A stretch of 64,000 bases of DNA from Promethearchaeia archaeon (GTDB lineage Archaea > Asgardarchaeota > Lokiarchaeia > Sigyniarchaeales > SOKP01), in the NCBI GenBank assembly GCA_029856045.1, contig JAHQWG010000012.1:96001-160000 (forward strand), given 5' to 3'. This document shows positions 50,660 to 59,686 of this stretch, piece after piece. Position 1 is the first letter of the stretch. Each line of letters starts with the position of its first letter. The notes under the pieces were generated by a model. It made no database searches and had not been told where the DNA came from. It worked only from the letters and a program-made list of their open reading frames with translations. Both the position numbers and the translations under genes were made by a program.

Positions 50660-52111
50660 TTATTTTTTTTCGATTATTTCTTTTACATAATAAAATCCGA
50701 CTAGATTTCCAAAATCTGGATATTTTCTTGAAGCTAATAAAATAATTACATGATTATTTAACTCAAAATGCCCATGATCAACAGCATATTGAACTGCTTG
50801 ACTTATAATATCCTCTACGGATTGATTAAAAAAATTTTCATCTGTAATATGGATTGGCATGACACCCCATAAAAGTTTCAATTCTCTTGCAGTTCTTTTA
50901 AACGGAGTAATTGCATATATCGGTAGTGGTGGTCTATATTTAGAAATCATCCGGCAACCAAATCCTTTTCTGGTAATAACTAAAATCTTACCTTGATAAT
51001 TTAAATTTACTAATTGATGTGAAAGATCTAAAATACCTCTACCTAATAATTGTGTATGTTGTAGTTTTTCAGAGTCAAATTCAGCAGGATCTCGTGCAGG
51101 TATAATCTCAGAAGCAGTATTTGCAATTCTGTTCATGTAGCTTACACTTTGTATTGGGAATTTTCCCATAGCTGTTTCGGCTGAAAGCATTACAGCATCC
51201 GTGCCATCGAATACAGCATTGAATACATCACTTGCTTCTGCTCTAGTAGGGATTGGATTTATTGTCATCGATTCCAGCATCTGTGTAGCTGTTATTACAG
51301 GCTTTCCTAAGATATTACATTGTTTTATTATTTCCTTCTGTTTGACAGGAACTAGGTCTGGGGATATCTCAACGCCCAAGTCTCCTCTTGCAACCATTAT
51401 TCCATCAGAAACATCCAAAATCTGCGCAAAATTTTTTAAAGCTATCGGTCTTTCAATTTTAGAAATTAATTTGATTTCTGAATTACTAAAATTTTGCATC
51501 AATTTTTTAACGTTCAATACATCGGCTGCTGTTCCAACAAAAGAAATAGCTAAAAATTCAGGATCAAGCTTTGCAATTAATTTCATATCTTCTACATCTT
51601 TTTTAGTTGGAACTTTCTGTTTAAGTTCACCAGAAGGGATATTAACTCCTTTATTAGAGGAAATTGGTCCGCCCGAAATTACTTGTCCTATTATATGATC
51701 CTTTTCTTTACTTTTAATTTCAATTCGAATGATACCATCATTAATAAATATAAAATCTCCAACATTTATATCCGAAAGAAAACCATCATAGGGGATGCTG
51801 AATTGTTCTTCATTTCCTTCAATGTTTTCTTCATAAATCTTTATTTTTTGATTCACATTCATAATAAATGGTTCTTTTATTGTTCCAACCCTAATTTTAG
51901 GGCCTTGTATATCGCACATTATGCCAATATATTCATTTACTTCTCGAATCATTTTAAAAGTTTCAGTTTTTTGTTCATGCGTTCCATGAGAAAAATTTAA
52001 TCGAAAAACGTCAACACCCGTATCAATTAATCTTTTAAGTGTGGCTTTATTATTAGAAGCAGGACCAAGTGTAGCTACAATTTTTGTTTTAACCAATTTT
52101 TCATAAGACAT
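50660..52111 (-). CDS. pyk: Pyruvate kinase
   Basis: KTKIVATLGPAS, RLNFSHG, KIE, MVARGDLGVE, ATQMLESM, DAVMLSAETA. Confidence 0.97.
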   Translation of the reverse strand: MSYEKLVKTKIVATLGPASNNKATLKRLIDTGVDVFRLNFSHGTHEQKTETFKMIREVNEYIGIMCDIQGPKIRVGTIKEPFIMNVNQKIKIYEENIEGNEEQFSIPYDGFLSDINVGDFIFINDGIIRIEIKSKEKDHIIGQVISGGPISSNKGVNIPSGELKQKVPTKKDVEDMKLIAKLDPEFLAISFVGTAADVLNVKKLMQNFSNSEIKLISKIERPIALKNFAQILDVSDGIMVARGDLGVEISPDLVPVKQKEIIKQCNILGKPVITATQMLESMTINPIPTRAEASDVFNAVFDGTDAVMLSAETAMGKFPIQSVSYMNRIANTASEIIPARDPAEFDSEKLQHTQLLGRGILDLSHQLVNLNYQGKILVITRKGFGCRMISKYRPPLPIYAITPFKRTARELKLLWGVMPIHITDENFFNQSVEDIISQAVQYAVDHGHFELNNHVIILLASRKYPDFGNLVGFYYVKEIIEKK

Positions 52112-52145
52112 AAAAAATCAACTAGAAATAATTTTATTAATCAAA

Positions 52146-52595
52146 TTAATTGGTCATTTCTGATATCTTAATTAATTTATATCTTAGCTCTTTATATACT
52201 ATTTTCATTATCGTTTTGGTTTTGAAAAAATCATCCTTATTTTTTATCTCTTTTAAACACATTAAACTCAATCTAAATTGTTTAGCTTTTAGTGGATATT
52301 GTGTCAAAAGTAAGTTAGCTCTTTTTACTAAATCTCTAGCAATAAAAACAAGTAAATCAGAACTTTGATATGCTAAAATAAAAGATATGAAATAAAGATA
52401 TTTTGGTTTGTTTTCAGGATTAATAAATTTTATTAGATAAAAACGGTCTTTTAATTCATCTTTTAAAGAATAAATCGCTTTAACTTTATAGTTATGTCGT
52501 TTTTTTCTTAAATTTTCTGAAATAGGGAGAAATTTTCCTTTTAATCTGTTATTTCTTAACTCGAATGTTTTTATAAATACACTAAAAGAACTCAT
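52146..52595 (-). CDS. Hypothetical basic protein
   Basis: 149-aa ORF filling the gap, co-oriented with pyk. Confidence 0.6.
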   Translation of the reverse strand: MSSFSVFIKTFELRNNRLKGKFLPISENLRKKRHNYKVKAIYSLKDELKDRFYLIKFINPENKPKYLYFISFILAYQSSDLLVFIARDLVKRANLLLTQYPLKAKQFRLSLMCLKEIKNKDDFFKTKTIMKIVYKELRYKLIKISEMTN

Positions 52596-52725
52596 ATTGA
52601 TTAAAGAAGAATATGAAATAATAATAATAATTTTTACAATTAACTATTAAATTTAATCTAAATAACTTTAATAATAGAGATTTAAGATTGAAAAAAAATA
52701 AAAAAAATTGAGTTATTTAATTTTT

Positions 52726-53229
52726 TTAAAAACCTTCACTTGCCGAAAGTGCTGCTATTGCTCCATAAAATAATCCGTTTATAACCCCACTCAATATATA
52801 AACTAGAATAGTTACGACTTCAACCGAGAGGGAACCTCCGATAATGCCTAAGATTAAAGGAACAACAGCACAAATAATGGCGATTAAGAACCAAGCTCCG
52901 AATGCTGCTCCTTTACCCTCTCCAGTTCGTCCAGCAATAATTGCGGCTAATATTGGTGGAACAATTAATCCTATCATTACAATTAAAGCTACAATCATTG
53001 CATCAGGAGTTGCGGCTAATATTGCTAATATTCCTAGAGTTAACCATGCAGTTCCAGGGAGAATTAATATTGGAGCGAACAGACCACTGATAAATGCCAT
53101 TGGATCTGTTGTTATTAAACCAAAATATGTATCTATTTGATTTAATAAAAGGGCAACAATTAGTGCAAAAACAAAATTCAAAGCTACATAAATTAGTAAA
53201 CCTAAGCCAAATGCTTTACCAAAGCCCAT
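52726..53229 (-). CDS. Small hydrophobic Gly/Ala-rich membrane protein
   Basis: 167 aa, 4-5 TM segments. Confidence 0.75.
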   Translation of the reverse strand: MGFGKAFGLGLLIYVALNFVFALIVALLLNQIDTYFGLITTDPMAFISGLFAPILILPGTAWLTLGILAILAATPDAMIVALIVMIGLIVPPILAAIIAGRTGEGKGAAFGAWFLIAIICAVVPLILGIIGGSLSVEVVTILVYILSGVINGLFYGAIAALSASEGF

Positions 53230-53360
53230 TTAAAAATCGAACTCTTATTTTTTTTTTTTATTTTAATATAAATTATTTTAATATAGTATAACTAAGGATT
53301 ATATAAATATATAAATCTTTAAGAGTCCATTCTTTTAAATTGATTTTTTCTTAGTGGAAA

Positions 53361-54443
53361 TTATTGCCTTTCAGAAGTTGAAATACAAGAAGAGTCCCCA
53401 ATTATTATGTTTTCTTTGATAAGATCTTCCAGAGTAGAGAAATCTCCAATTAGACTACTTGAAGTAATAATTTGATTTAGAGATGTATTATCTCCAATTA
53501 TTGTATCCGAACAAATACATTTATTTAGAACGACATTATCTCCCAGAGAAACATATGGGCCTATTATCGAATTGGTGATTTTTGCATTTTCACCAATTAT
53601 TACTGGAGGTATTATTTTAGAAGATATAGAATTTCCTTTAATTCTTAAAGATTCATAAAGTGGATCAATTTGTTTTATCTCACTTAACAAATAGCGATTT
53701 CCCTCAATAAGACTCTCTGGACGACCAAAATCTAATATGATATCATGCATTTTATTTATTTTAACTTTTTTTCCCATTTCAATTAATTTTTGTATTATTG
53801 ATGTTAATTGGTGTTCTCTTCCATTATCAAGTGGAATTTCGTATTGTTTTTGGATTAATTCAAAAAAAATGGAAGAAACTGAATTATTGATTAAATATGC
53901 TCCTGAAACAGCAAGGTTTGAAATAAATTGCTCGGGTTTTTCTATAATCTTTTTTATATTACCACCCTCATCACATTGTACTACCCCATAATATTCTGGT
54001 TGTTTAACTTCTTGCACATTAATTAAAATATCAAATTGATCTTGATGAAAAGAGATTAACATTGATGAGTAGTCTCGAGTTGGTAATCTATCACCTAAAA
54101 TGATGAAAAAATCCTTATTTCTTACATAATCTTTAGCCAATAAAATGGCATCAGCTAAACCAGAGAAATAGGGTGCATCATCTTCAAAACCTAAAGGTTT
54201 TTGTTCTACAAAAAAAAGTTTATAATAATCTGAGTAATTTTCTTTTAAATAATCAGAAATCTGTCTTCCTTTATATCCAATAATAAATAGAAGATTTGTA
54301 CCTCGTGGAAAATTGTTTTTCAATTTAATCAATAAATGATCAATAAGTTTATTCCCTGCAATTTTTAAAAACGCCTTAGGCTTTGTATAAGTGAATGGTT
54401 GGAGTCTTTTTCCAACACCAGCTATCGGAATAACAATCCACAT
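53361..54443 (-). CDS. Sugar-phosphate nucleotidyltransferase (glucose-1-P thymidylyltransferase long form-like)
   Basis: PIAGVGKRLQPFTYTKPK, GLADA, LGD, YGVV, IEKP, DFGRPE; hexapeptide tail. Confidence 0.9.
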   Translation of the reverse strand: MWIVIPIAGVGKRLQPFTYTKPKAFLKIAGNKLIDHLLIKLKNNFPRGTNLLFIIGYKGRQISDYLKENYSDYYKLFFVEQKPLGFEDDAPYFSGLADAILLAKDYVRNKDFFIILGDRLPTRDYSSMLISFHQDQFDILINVQEVKQPEYYGVVQCDEGGNIKKIIEKPEQFISNLAVSGAYLINNSVSSIFFELIQKQYEIPLDNGREHQLTSIIQKLIEMGKKVKINKMHDIILDFGRPESLIEGNRYLLSEIKQIDPLYESLRIKGNSISSKIIPPVIIGENAKITNSIIGPYVSLGDNVVLNKCICSDTIIGDNTSLNQIITSSSLIGDFSTLEDLIKENIIIGDSSCISTSERQ

Positions 54444-54574
54444 ATTTTGAGGAGCTTGTTTTTATTTTTAATATATTAATGCGCTTATTTAATAGTTATA
54501 TTAAATCATGTAGGATATTATTTAGAATTATACTATAAAATAAGAGTAAATAATAATTAATTTTCGGTTTAAAA

Positions 54575-55093
54575 TTATTGGTTTAAAATTTTATCCACGA
54601 TTTGGTATATTCTTGCTCTTTTTAACTGATCTTTAACGAGAGATTTCAACTTACGTAAATAATATCTATCAGAATTGTTCAATTTATCAATATATGCATA
54701 TTTTTTTAAGGTTAAGGTTAATTTTTCATCAAAAAAAGTAGGAGGTATCTCTTTTAATAACTCTATATTGCTCTCTTTATCATTTGTGTCAAGATTTTCA
54801 TTAGAATTAATCAATTCTTTATATTTATAGTTTAAATTTGTAATCCATGTTATTAAATTATCAAGGTCTCCACGTAGATAAGTTCTCGAATTTAAAAATT
54901 CTTTAAATTCCAATACATAAGAGATAAAAGCATTTATTGGGTCTTTCAATTCTGATTCTTGCTTTTGACTCTTCTTAATTGATTCTTTTATTTTTTTTAG
55001 CTTCTGTTCTTTAAAAGGGGATATAATTTTCGTTTTTGATTTTGCTTTATTATTTTTTGAGTTATCCTCATCCAACCATTTATTTAAAGACAT
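54575..55093 (-). CDS. Hypothetical protein
   Basis: 172 aa, N-terminal MSLNKWL motif, charged linker, helical domain. Confidence 0.7.
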   Translation of the reverse strand: MSLNKWLDEDNSKNNKAKSKTKIISPFKEQKLKKIKESIKKSQKQESELKDPINAFISYVLEFKEFLNSRTYLRGDLDNLITWITNLNYKYKELINSNENLDTNDKESNIELLKEIPPTFFDEKLTLTLKKYAYIDKLNNSDRYYLRKLKSLVKDQLKRARIYQIVDKILNQ

Positions 55094-55156
55094 TTAATTT
55101 CGTTATACTCAATAAATTTTTATAATCTTCTTATTAAATGTTTAATGTGATTAATA

Positions 55157-55957
55157 ATGGATAATTTATTTAAGAATAAAATCAAACCTAAAGGTATTAT
55201 TTTTGATTTTGGTTTCACACTATTCTATTTTAAAAATCCATCGCTTGAAAGATATATAGAAATTGAATATCAAGGTCTAAATTTAGTTGCAGAATTTTTA
55301 AAAAACGAAGGGCTCTTTAATAAGAATCAAATTGATACATTTGTTGAAAATGTTAAGAAACAGAACAGAAAATTTTGGCAATTGAGCATAAAGACCAAAT
55401 TAGAATATCCTACTGCGAAAATTCTAGAATTTGTCTTAAAGAATATGAAGAATTTGGAACCTTCTATGTTAGAAAAATTTCTCACTACTGAAAATTTAAA
55501 AAAAATATCTGATAAATATCATTCGTTTTCTGATGATGCATGGATTCCTTTTGCAGATACTAAACAAACCTTAATAACGTTATTAGATGCAAAGATTAAA
55601 ACAGCTGTTTTATCTAATGCTAAACATCATGATAGTATAATTAAAATGCTTAAGAAACATAATCTTTTAAATTATTTTAATACAATTGTAACATCTGCAG
55701 GTTTCGGTAAGAGAAAACCAAATATAGAAATATTTCATTTTACTCTTGAAGAATTAGGTTTATCTCATTGCCCAGAGAGTTGCCTTATGATAGGAGACGA
55801 AGCAGCGGATATGATTGGTGGAAAAAAAACCAAATTAAATACATTTTTAATAAAAAGATCTTTTAAATTCCCCTTCGAACAAGATATCCTGCCTAAATAT
55901 AAACCAGATTATACAATCAATAAAATTTCTGATATCTTAAATTATATTCAGATTTAA
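55157..55957 (+). CDS. HAD-superfamily hydrolase
   Basis: IIFDFGFTL, LSN, RKP, MIGDEAAD. Confidence 0.88.
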   Translation: MDNLFKNKIKPKGIIFDFGFTLFYFKNPSLERYIEIEYQGLNLVAEFLKNEGLFNKNQIDTFVENVKKQNRKFWQLSIKTKLEYPTAKILEFVLKNMKNLEPSMLEKFLTTENLKKISDKYHSFSDDAWIPFADTKQTLITLLDAKIKTAVLSNAKHHDSIIKMLKKHNLLNYFNTIVTSAGFGKRKPNIEIFHFTLEELGLSHCPESCLMIGDEAADMIGGKKTKLNTFLIKRSFKFPFEQDILPKYKPDYTINKISDILNYIQI

Positions 55958-57504
55958 TTCTCTCCTTCATGCTTAGATTCGATTTCTACCTCATATACAT
56001 CTAAAAATTCAATCATATTCTTAATTAAATTATCAAGAAATGTTATTCTATTTTTTTCATATATTATTTTTACAAAAGAATCTTCCAATCTATTTTTTGA
56101 TTCTTTTAAATGTTTAATATTTAATTCTTGCAATTCAATATAGGAATCTCTATATAAATTCAAAATTTCTCTTAAGGATAAATTTTTACTAGGGCGAACA
56201 CAAGTTAAACCATAATCTAATTGTTCCTTATATTTCCACCAATCAAGAAAATAAAATTCACTTCCATATGTCTCTCGATAATAATCCAAATTGCAATATA
56301 GTGGCGTTCCTGGAAAATTTCGAAATAAATTATAATTCAAATTAACTAAATCAACTTTCTCAGAAATCTTTTTCGCAAAATCAAATGTTTCCTTAAAAGA
56401 TTGTCTTGTTTCGCCAGGATGATTGATAATAATATTTAAAACGCAGAACATCTCCAACTTTTCTGAAATTTTCATAATTTCATTAAATTTTTCTATATAT
56501 TGAGCGGGATTTTTGGTTTTATTCATGATTGAAAGCATTTGTTTCGAATAAGTCTCTAATCCATACATCAATGAGACTTTTCGGGCTGCCAGTTTAGTTA
56601 AAACATCTTCATTTAAAACATCCAACCGACATTCGGCCCACACGTGAAAATCAGGCTCTATAGGGTATAAATCCAAAAATTTTAATAGCCATTGCCGATT
56701 AAAGCCGAAAATGGGGTCATAAAAAGCATATGATTTAATATTATTAATTTCACCAAATTTAAGCATAGATTCAAATTCTATTTTTGCACGTTTTGGAGTA
56801 TAACTTCTCCATTTTTTATGTATGTTTCCAGTTCCTTCAATCAATTTTTTTTCCATACAAAATGAGCAATTAAAAGGACAACCCCTACTAAGAGAAATGC
56901 TTAATGTGGTGAATTCTTTTAAATATTTTTCATATAAAGAGAAATCTATTACCGGAAGATCATCTAATTGTTCAATGGGATTGTTTAAATATTTTTTAGG
57001 TGTTTTTCTCTTTTTAAATCCATCATTAATAATATCTAGGAAGGATCTTTCACCCTCTCCAATAATAATATAATCTATAGGTGTCTGGTTAAATATAAAA
57101 TCCTGAGGGACAGAGCTAACATGAGCTCCACCTAAAACAATGGGAATTTGCGGATAATTCTTCTGGAAATATTTCGCAATCATCATAGTAGGAATAAAAT
57201 GCTTTGATGTGGGAACGGTTATTGCAATAATTGAATTTGTATCTAACTCAAAATTTATTGTGTCTATTAATTTATCCATTTGAGAGTGAAATTTTTCTAT
57301 TGGTTCAAATTGATTTGGATTAAAATTACCTAACTTCTCTTCTTTAATTAGGTCAATTATATCAGTTTTCACATTTCCTATCTTACTCTTTATGAGATTC
57401 TCTATATAAACGGGTCCTATTAAGATTTCTTCGAGCATATACTCTTTCTTCCCTAAAATATTTGGATTCACAAATAAGATATTTAATTTTTCTTCTTTAA
57501 TCAT
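55954..57504 (-). CDS. B12-binding domain radical SAM protein
   Basis: IVLGGAH, GEGE, SRGCPFNCSFC, YGLET, HPGET, PGTPLY. Confidence 0.92.
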   Translation of the reverse strand: MIKEEKLNILFVNPNILGKKEYMLEEILIGPVYIENLIKSKIGNVKTDIIDLIKEEKLGNFNPNQFEPIEKFHSQMDKLIDTINFELDTNSIIAITVPTSKHFIPTMMIAKYFQKNYPQIPIVLGGAHVSSVPQDFIFNQTPIDYIIIGEGERSFLDIINDGFKKRKTPKKYLNNPIEQLDDLPVIDFSLYEKYLKEFTTLSISLSRGCPFNCSFCMEKKLIEGTGNIHKKWRSYTPKRAKIEFESMLKFGEINNIKSYAFYDPIFGFNRQWLLKFLDLYPIEPDFHVWAECRLDVLNEDVLTKLAARKVSLMYGLETYSKQMLSIMNKTKNPAQYIEKFNEIMKISEKLEMFCVLNIIINHPGETRQSFKETFDFAKKISEKVDLVNLNYNLFRNFPGTPLYCNLDYYRETYGSEFYFLDWWKYKEQLDYGLTCVRPSKNLSLREILNLYRDSYIELQELNIKHLKESKNRLEDSFVKIIYEKNRITFLDNLIKNMIEFLDVYEVEIESKHEGEN

Positions 57505-57695
57505 ATCAATAATATTTAAAATTATTTAGAGTTTAAAATCTCCGATAAATTTACTTAAAATTATACATTTTAAATTTAATAGGATTTTCAATTTTCTTCA
57601 TAATATTTTAAGGAATTATGGAAATTTAACAAAATTTTCATTTATTTCTTAATTTAAAGTTATTTTTAAATAGATTCTATTAGAATTTAATATTA

Positions 57696-59066
57696 ATGTT
57701 AAAAGCGGAAATTAAAAAAAGTATTATCAATGATATATCTTCTCATAGGTTAGGCGCAGTCTTATATATTGAGATTTATAATTTTATTTGTAGCTCGAAA
57801 AGTCCTAATCCAATTTCTGAGAATAAATTACATGAAATACTTTTTAAAATGATTAAATCTAAAGAACTCGATTTGATAATTCCGGATCCTTTTTTAATCA
57901 AATGGGAAAAAAAAACTTTAAAAAATTTAAACTATCTGCAAGATAACGACCATTACGTAAGAAATTTTTATTACATCAATGATAAGCTTATCAATAACTC
58001 AAATAAAAATCAACCCTTAATTGATACAAGGCCTTTAAATAAAGATGAAGGTGGAAAATTAGAATTAACTGCAGAGAGATTTATTAATATTATTTCAAAA
58101 TTTCCCAGAATCAAAGAAAAGATTATTTTTTCATTACCAAATAAATTTCCTTCAATAAAATTACATTTTATTGATAATATATTTGAAAGGGAAAAATTAG
58201 TAGAGAAATCTTTTGATACTCAAATTAAAAAGATTGATAAAAAACAAGATAAAATTGTAATAAAATTAAAGGAACAGGAAGATGCAATTGAACTTATCAA
58301 AAAATATCGAGAGAAATATATGTGTGTTTATATTACTCTTATAGAAACAATTCAAAAAGAATTATCCTATCTGGAAAAATATAAATCTAAGATTGATAAT
58401 TATGAGGAAATATATAGTGATGTTATGGAAGCTTTTAAAAAATATTCTATAATGTTCGCCGAAGAGGCATGGACTGAAGATTCAATAACAGTTCGGAAGG
58501 GAATAATTATAAAAACTGGAAAACTATATTATTCTTCTGTAATTTTTAAAGAAGAGTTCTTTTTAATCAAAGGAAATCAAGAGTATTGGGTACTTTTTGA
58601 TATGAAAAAATTTCCAGGTTTATTAAATTTTTTATTAAAATTAGGATACGAGGAAATGGGGATTGATAAAAAAAATGATTTAAACAGAGTTGGATCAAAA
58701 TTAACTTTTGAATTTCCATTTTCGAACGTAGAGCAATTATTTTTTTTATGTAAATATATTTTTATGGCAAACTTATTTCATTTACTATTTTTAATAAATT
58801 TATTTTTTAAGATAAATGGAGATCTTACAAAATTAGACGAAAAAAGAGATAACTTATCTGAAATATTTTTACCCATTTTAAAACCACTATTTAACATTAA
58901 TCAAGTAAAACCTGCAAAAAAGATCACTTTTGCATTCCCTGATGCAAACAAGGACGAAATGAATATAATATTTCATCGATTCCTTTTTTTCAATTCTCGT
59001 ATAGTTGAACAAAAGTTACGATTTTTTCAATCATTATACAAACGAAAATTAGAAAAAACTGGTTAG
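57696..59066 (+). CDS. Hypothetical protein
   Basis: 456-aa ORF, no motif recognised. Confidence 0.7.
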   Translation: MLKAEIKKSIINDISSHRLGAVLYIEIYNFICSSKSPNPISENKLHEILFKMIKSKELDLIIPDPFLIKWEKKTLKNLNYLQDNDHYVRNFYYINDKLINNSNKNQPLIDTRPLNKDEGGKLELTAERFINIISKFPRIKEKIIFSLPNKFPSIKLHFIDNIFEREKLVEKSFDTQIKKIDKKQDKIVIKLKEQEDAIELIKKYREKYMCVYITLIETIQKELSYLEKYKSKIDNYEEIYSDVMEAFKKYSIMFAEEAWTEDSITVRKGIIIKTGKLYYSSVIFKEEFFLIKGNQEYWVLFDMKKFPGLLNFLLKLGYEEMGIDKKNDLNRVGSKLTFEFPFSNVEQLFFLCKYIFMANLFHLLFLINLFFKINGDLTKLDEKRDNLSEIFLPILKPLFNINQVKPAKKITFAFPDANKDEMNIIFHRFLFFNSRIVEQKLRFFQSLYKRKLEKTG

Positions 59067-59069
59067 AAA

Positions 59070-59191
59070 TGGGGGTAGGGGGATTTATTCACAAAAAGCG
59101 AAATGCTTTTTCTTTTGAACCCTCGGCCTTTAGCTCCGCAAGCTAACGCCCTTTCTGGAACAAAAAGTTATCCATACTAGGCTATACCCCC
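59070..59191 (-). tRNA. tRNA-Arg(GCG) with two introns (D-loop about 17 nt, T-loop 30 nt)
   Basis: GGGGGTA/TACCCCC acceptor stem, GCCT/GGGC D stem, TTAGC-TTGCGGA-GCTAA anticodon arm, GAGGG-TTCAA^AT-CCCCC T arm; removing 59153-59169 and 59085-59114 gives a 75-nt cloverleaf; CCA not encoded. Confidence 0.9.
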
Positions 59192-59686
59192 ATATTTCTT
59201 ATATATTTTCTTTTCAATCTATATATATTCTAAATCTTTCCTACATTATAATTTTATTAATTATCATTTTTCTATGTTTTAGAGATTCTTTAACTTCTGG
59301 CTTTCCCAGTTGATCCCCAATTTACGAGATCTTATCCAAATATGAAATCTCAATACTTATTCTGGTTAAATGAATTATGTCAAAGATATATTCAAATATA
59401 GAAAATATTTAAATTTTATAAGTTCTTCATTATCAAATTTTTTAATTTTATATGTACTTGATTAAATGCTCTGCTTTACATTAAGAAGTTGTTTAAGTAG
59501 TTCCGATTTACTAAAGAGGACTTTATCAATTATAATTATATTTAATTTTAATCTTTTCAAAAAAGGAAGATTAATAAATCCTATTTTTTATTCACGTAAT
59601 ATAAGGGTTATTAATAAAAAGATAGACCCTTTAAAAAATAACTCAAAAGACTGGAATTTAGTTTAAACAAACTAATTTGAGGAAAT

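Noticed and set aside
51201-52000. Antisense ORFs over pyk, and similar short antisense ORFs over other long genes
   Set aside because: Fully overlap well-supported genes on the opposite strand and show no motifs
57696-59191. Integrated element at the tRNA 3' end
   Set aside because: No integrase and no duplicated tRNA end found by eye in the window
59192-59686. ORF 59466-59666 or a gene remnant between the tRNA and the kinase
   Set aside because: Short AT-rich frames with no recognisable motif; more likely divergent promoters
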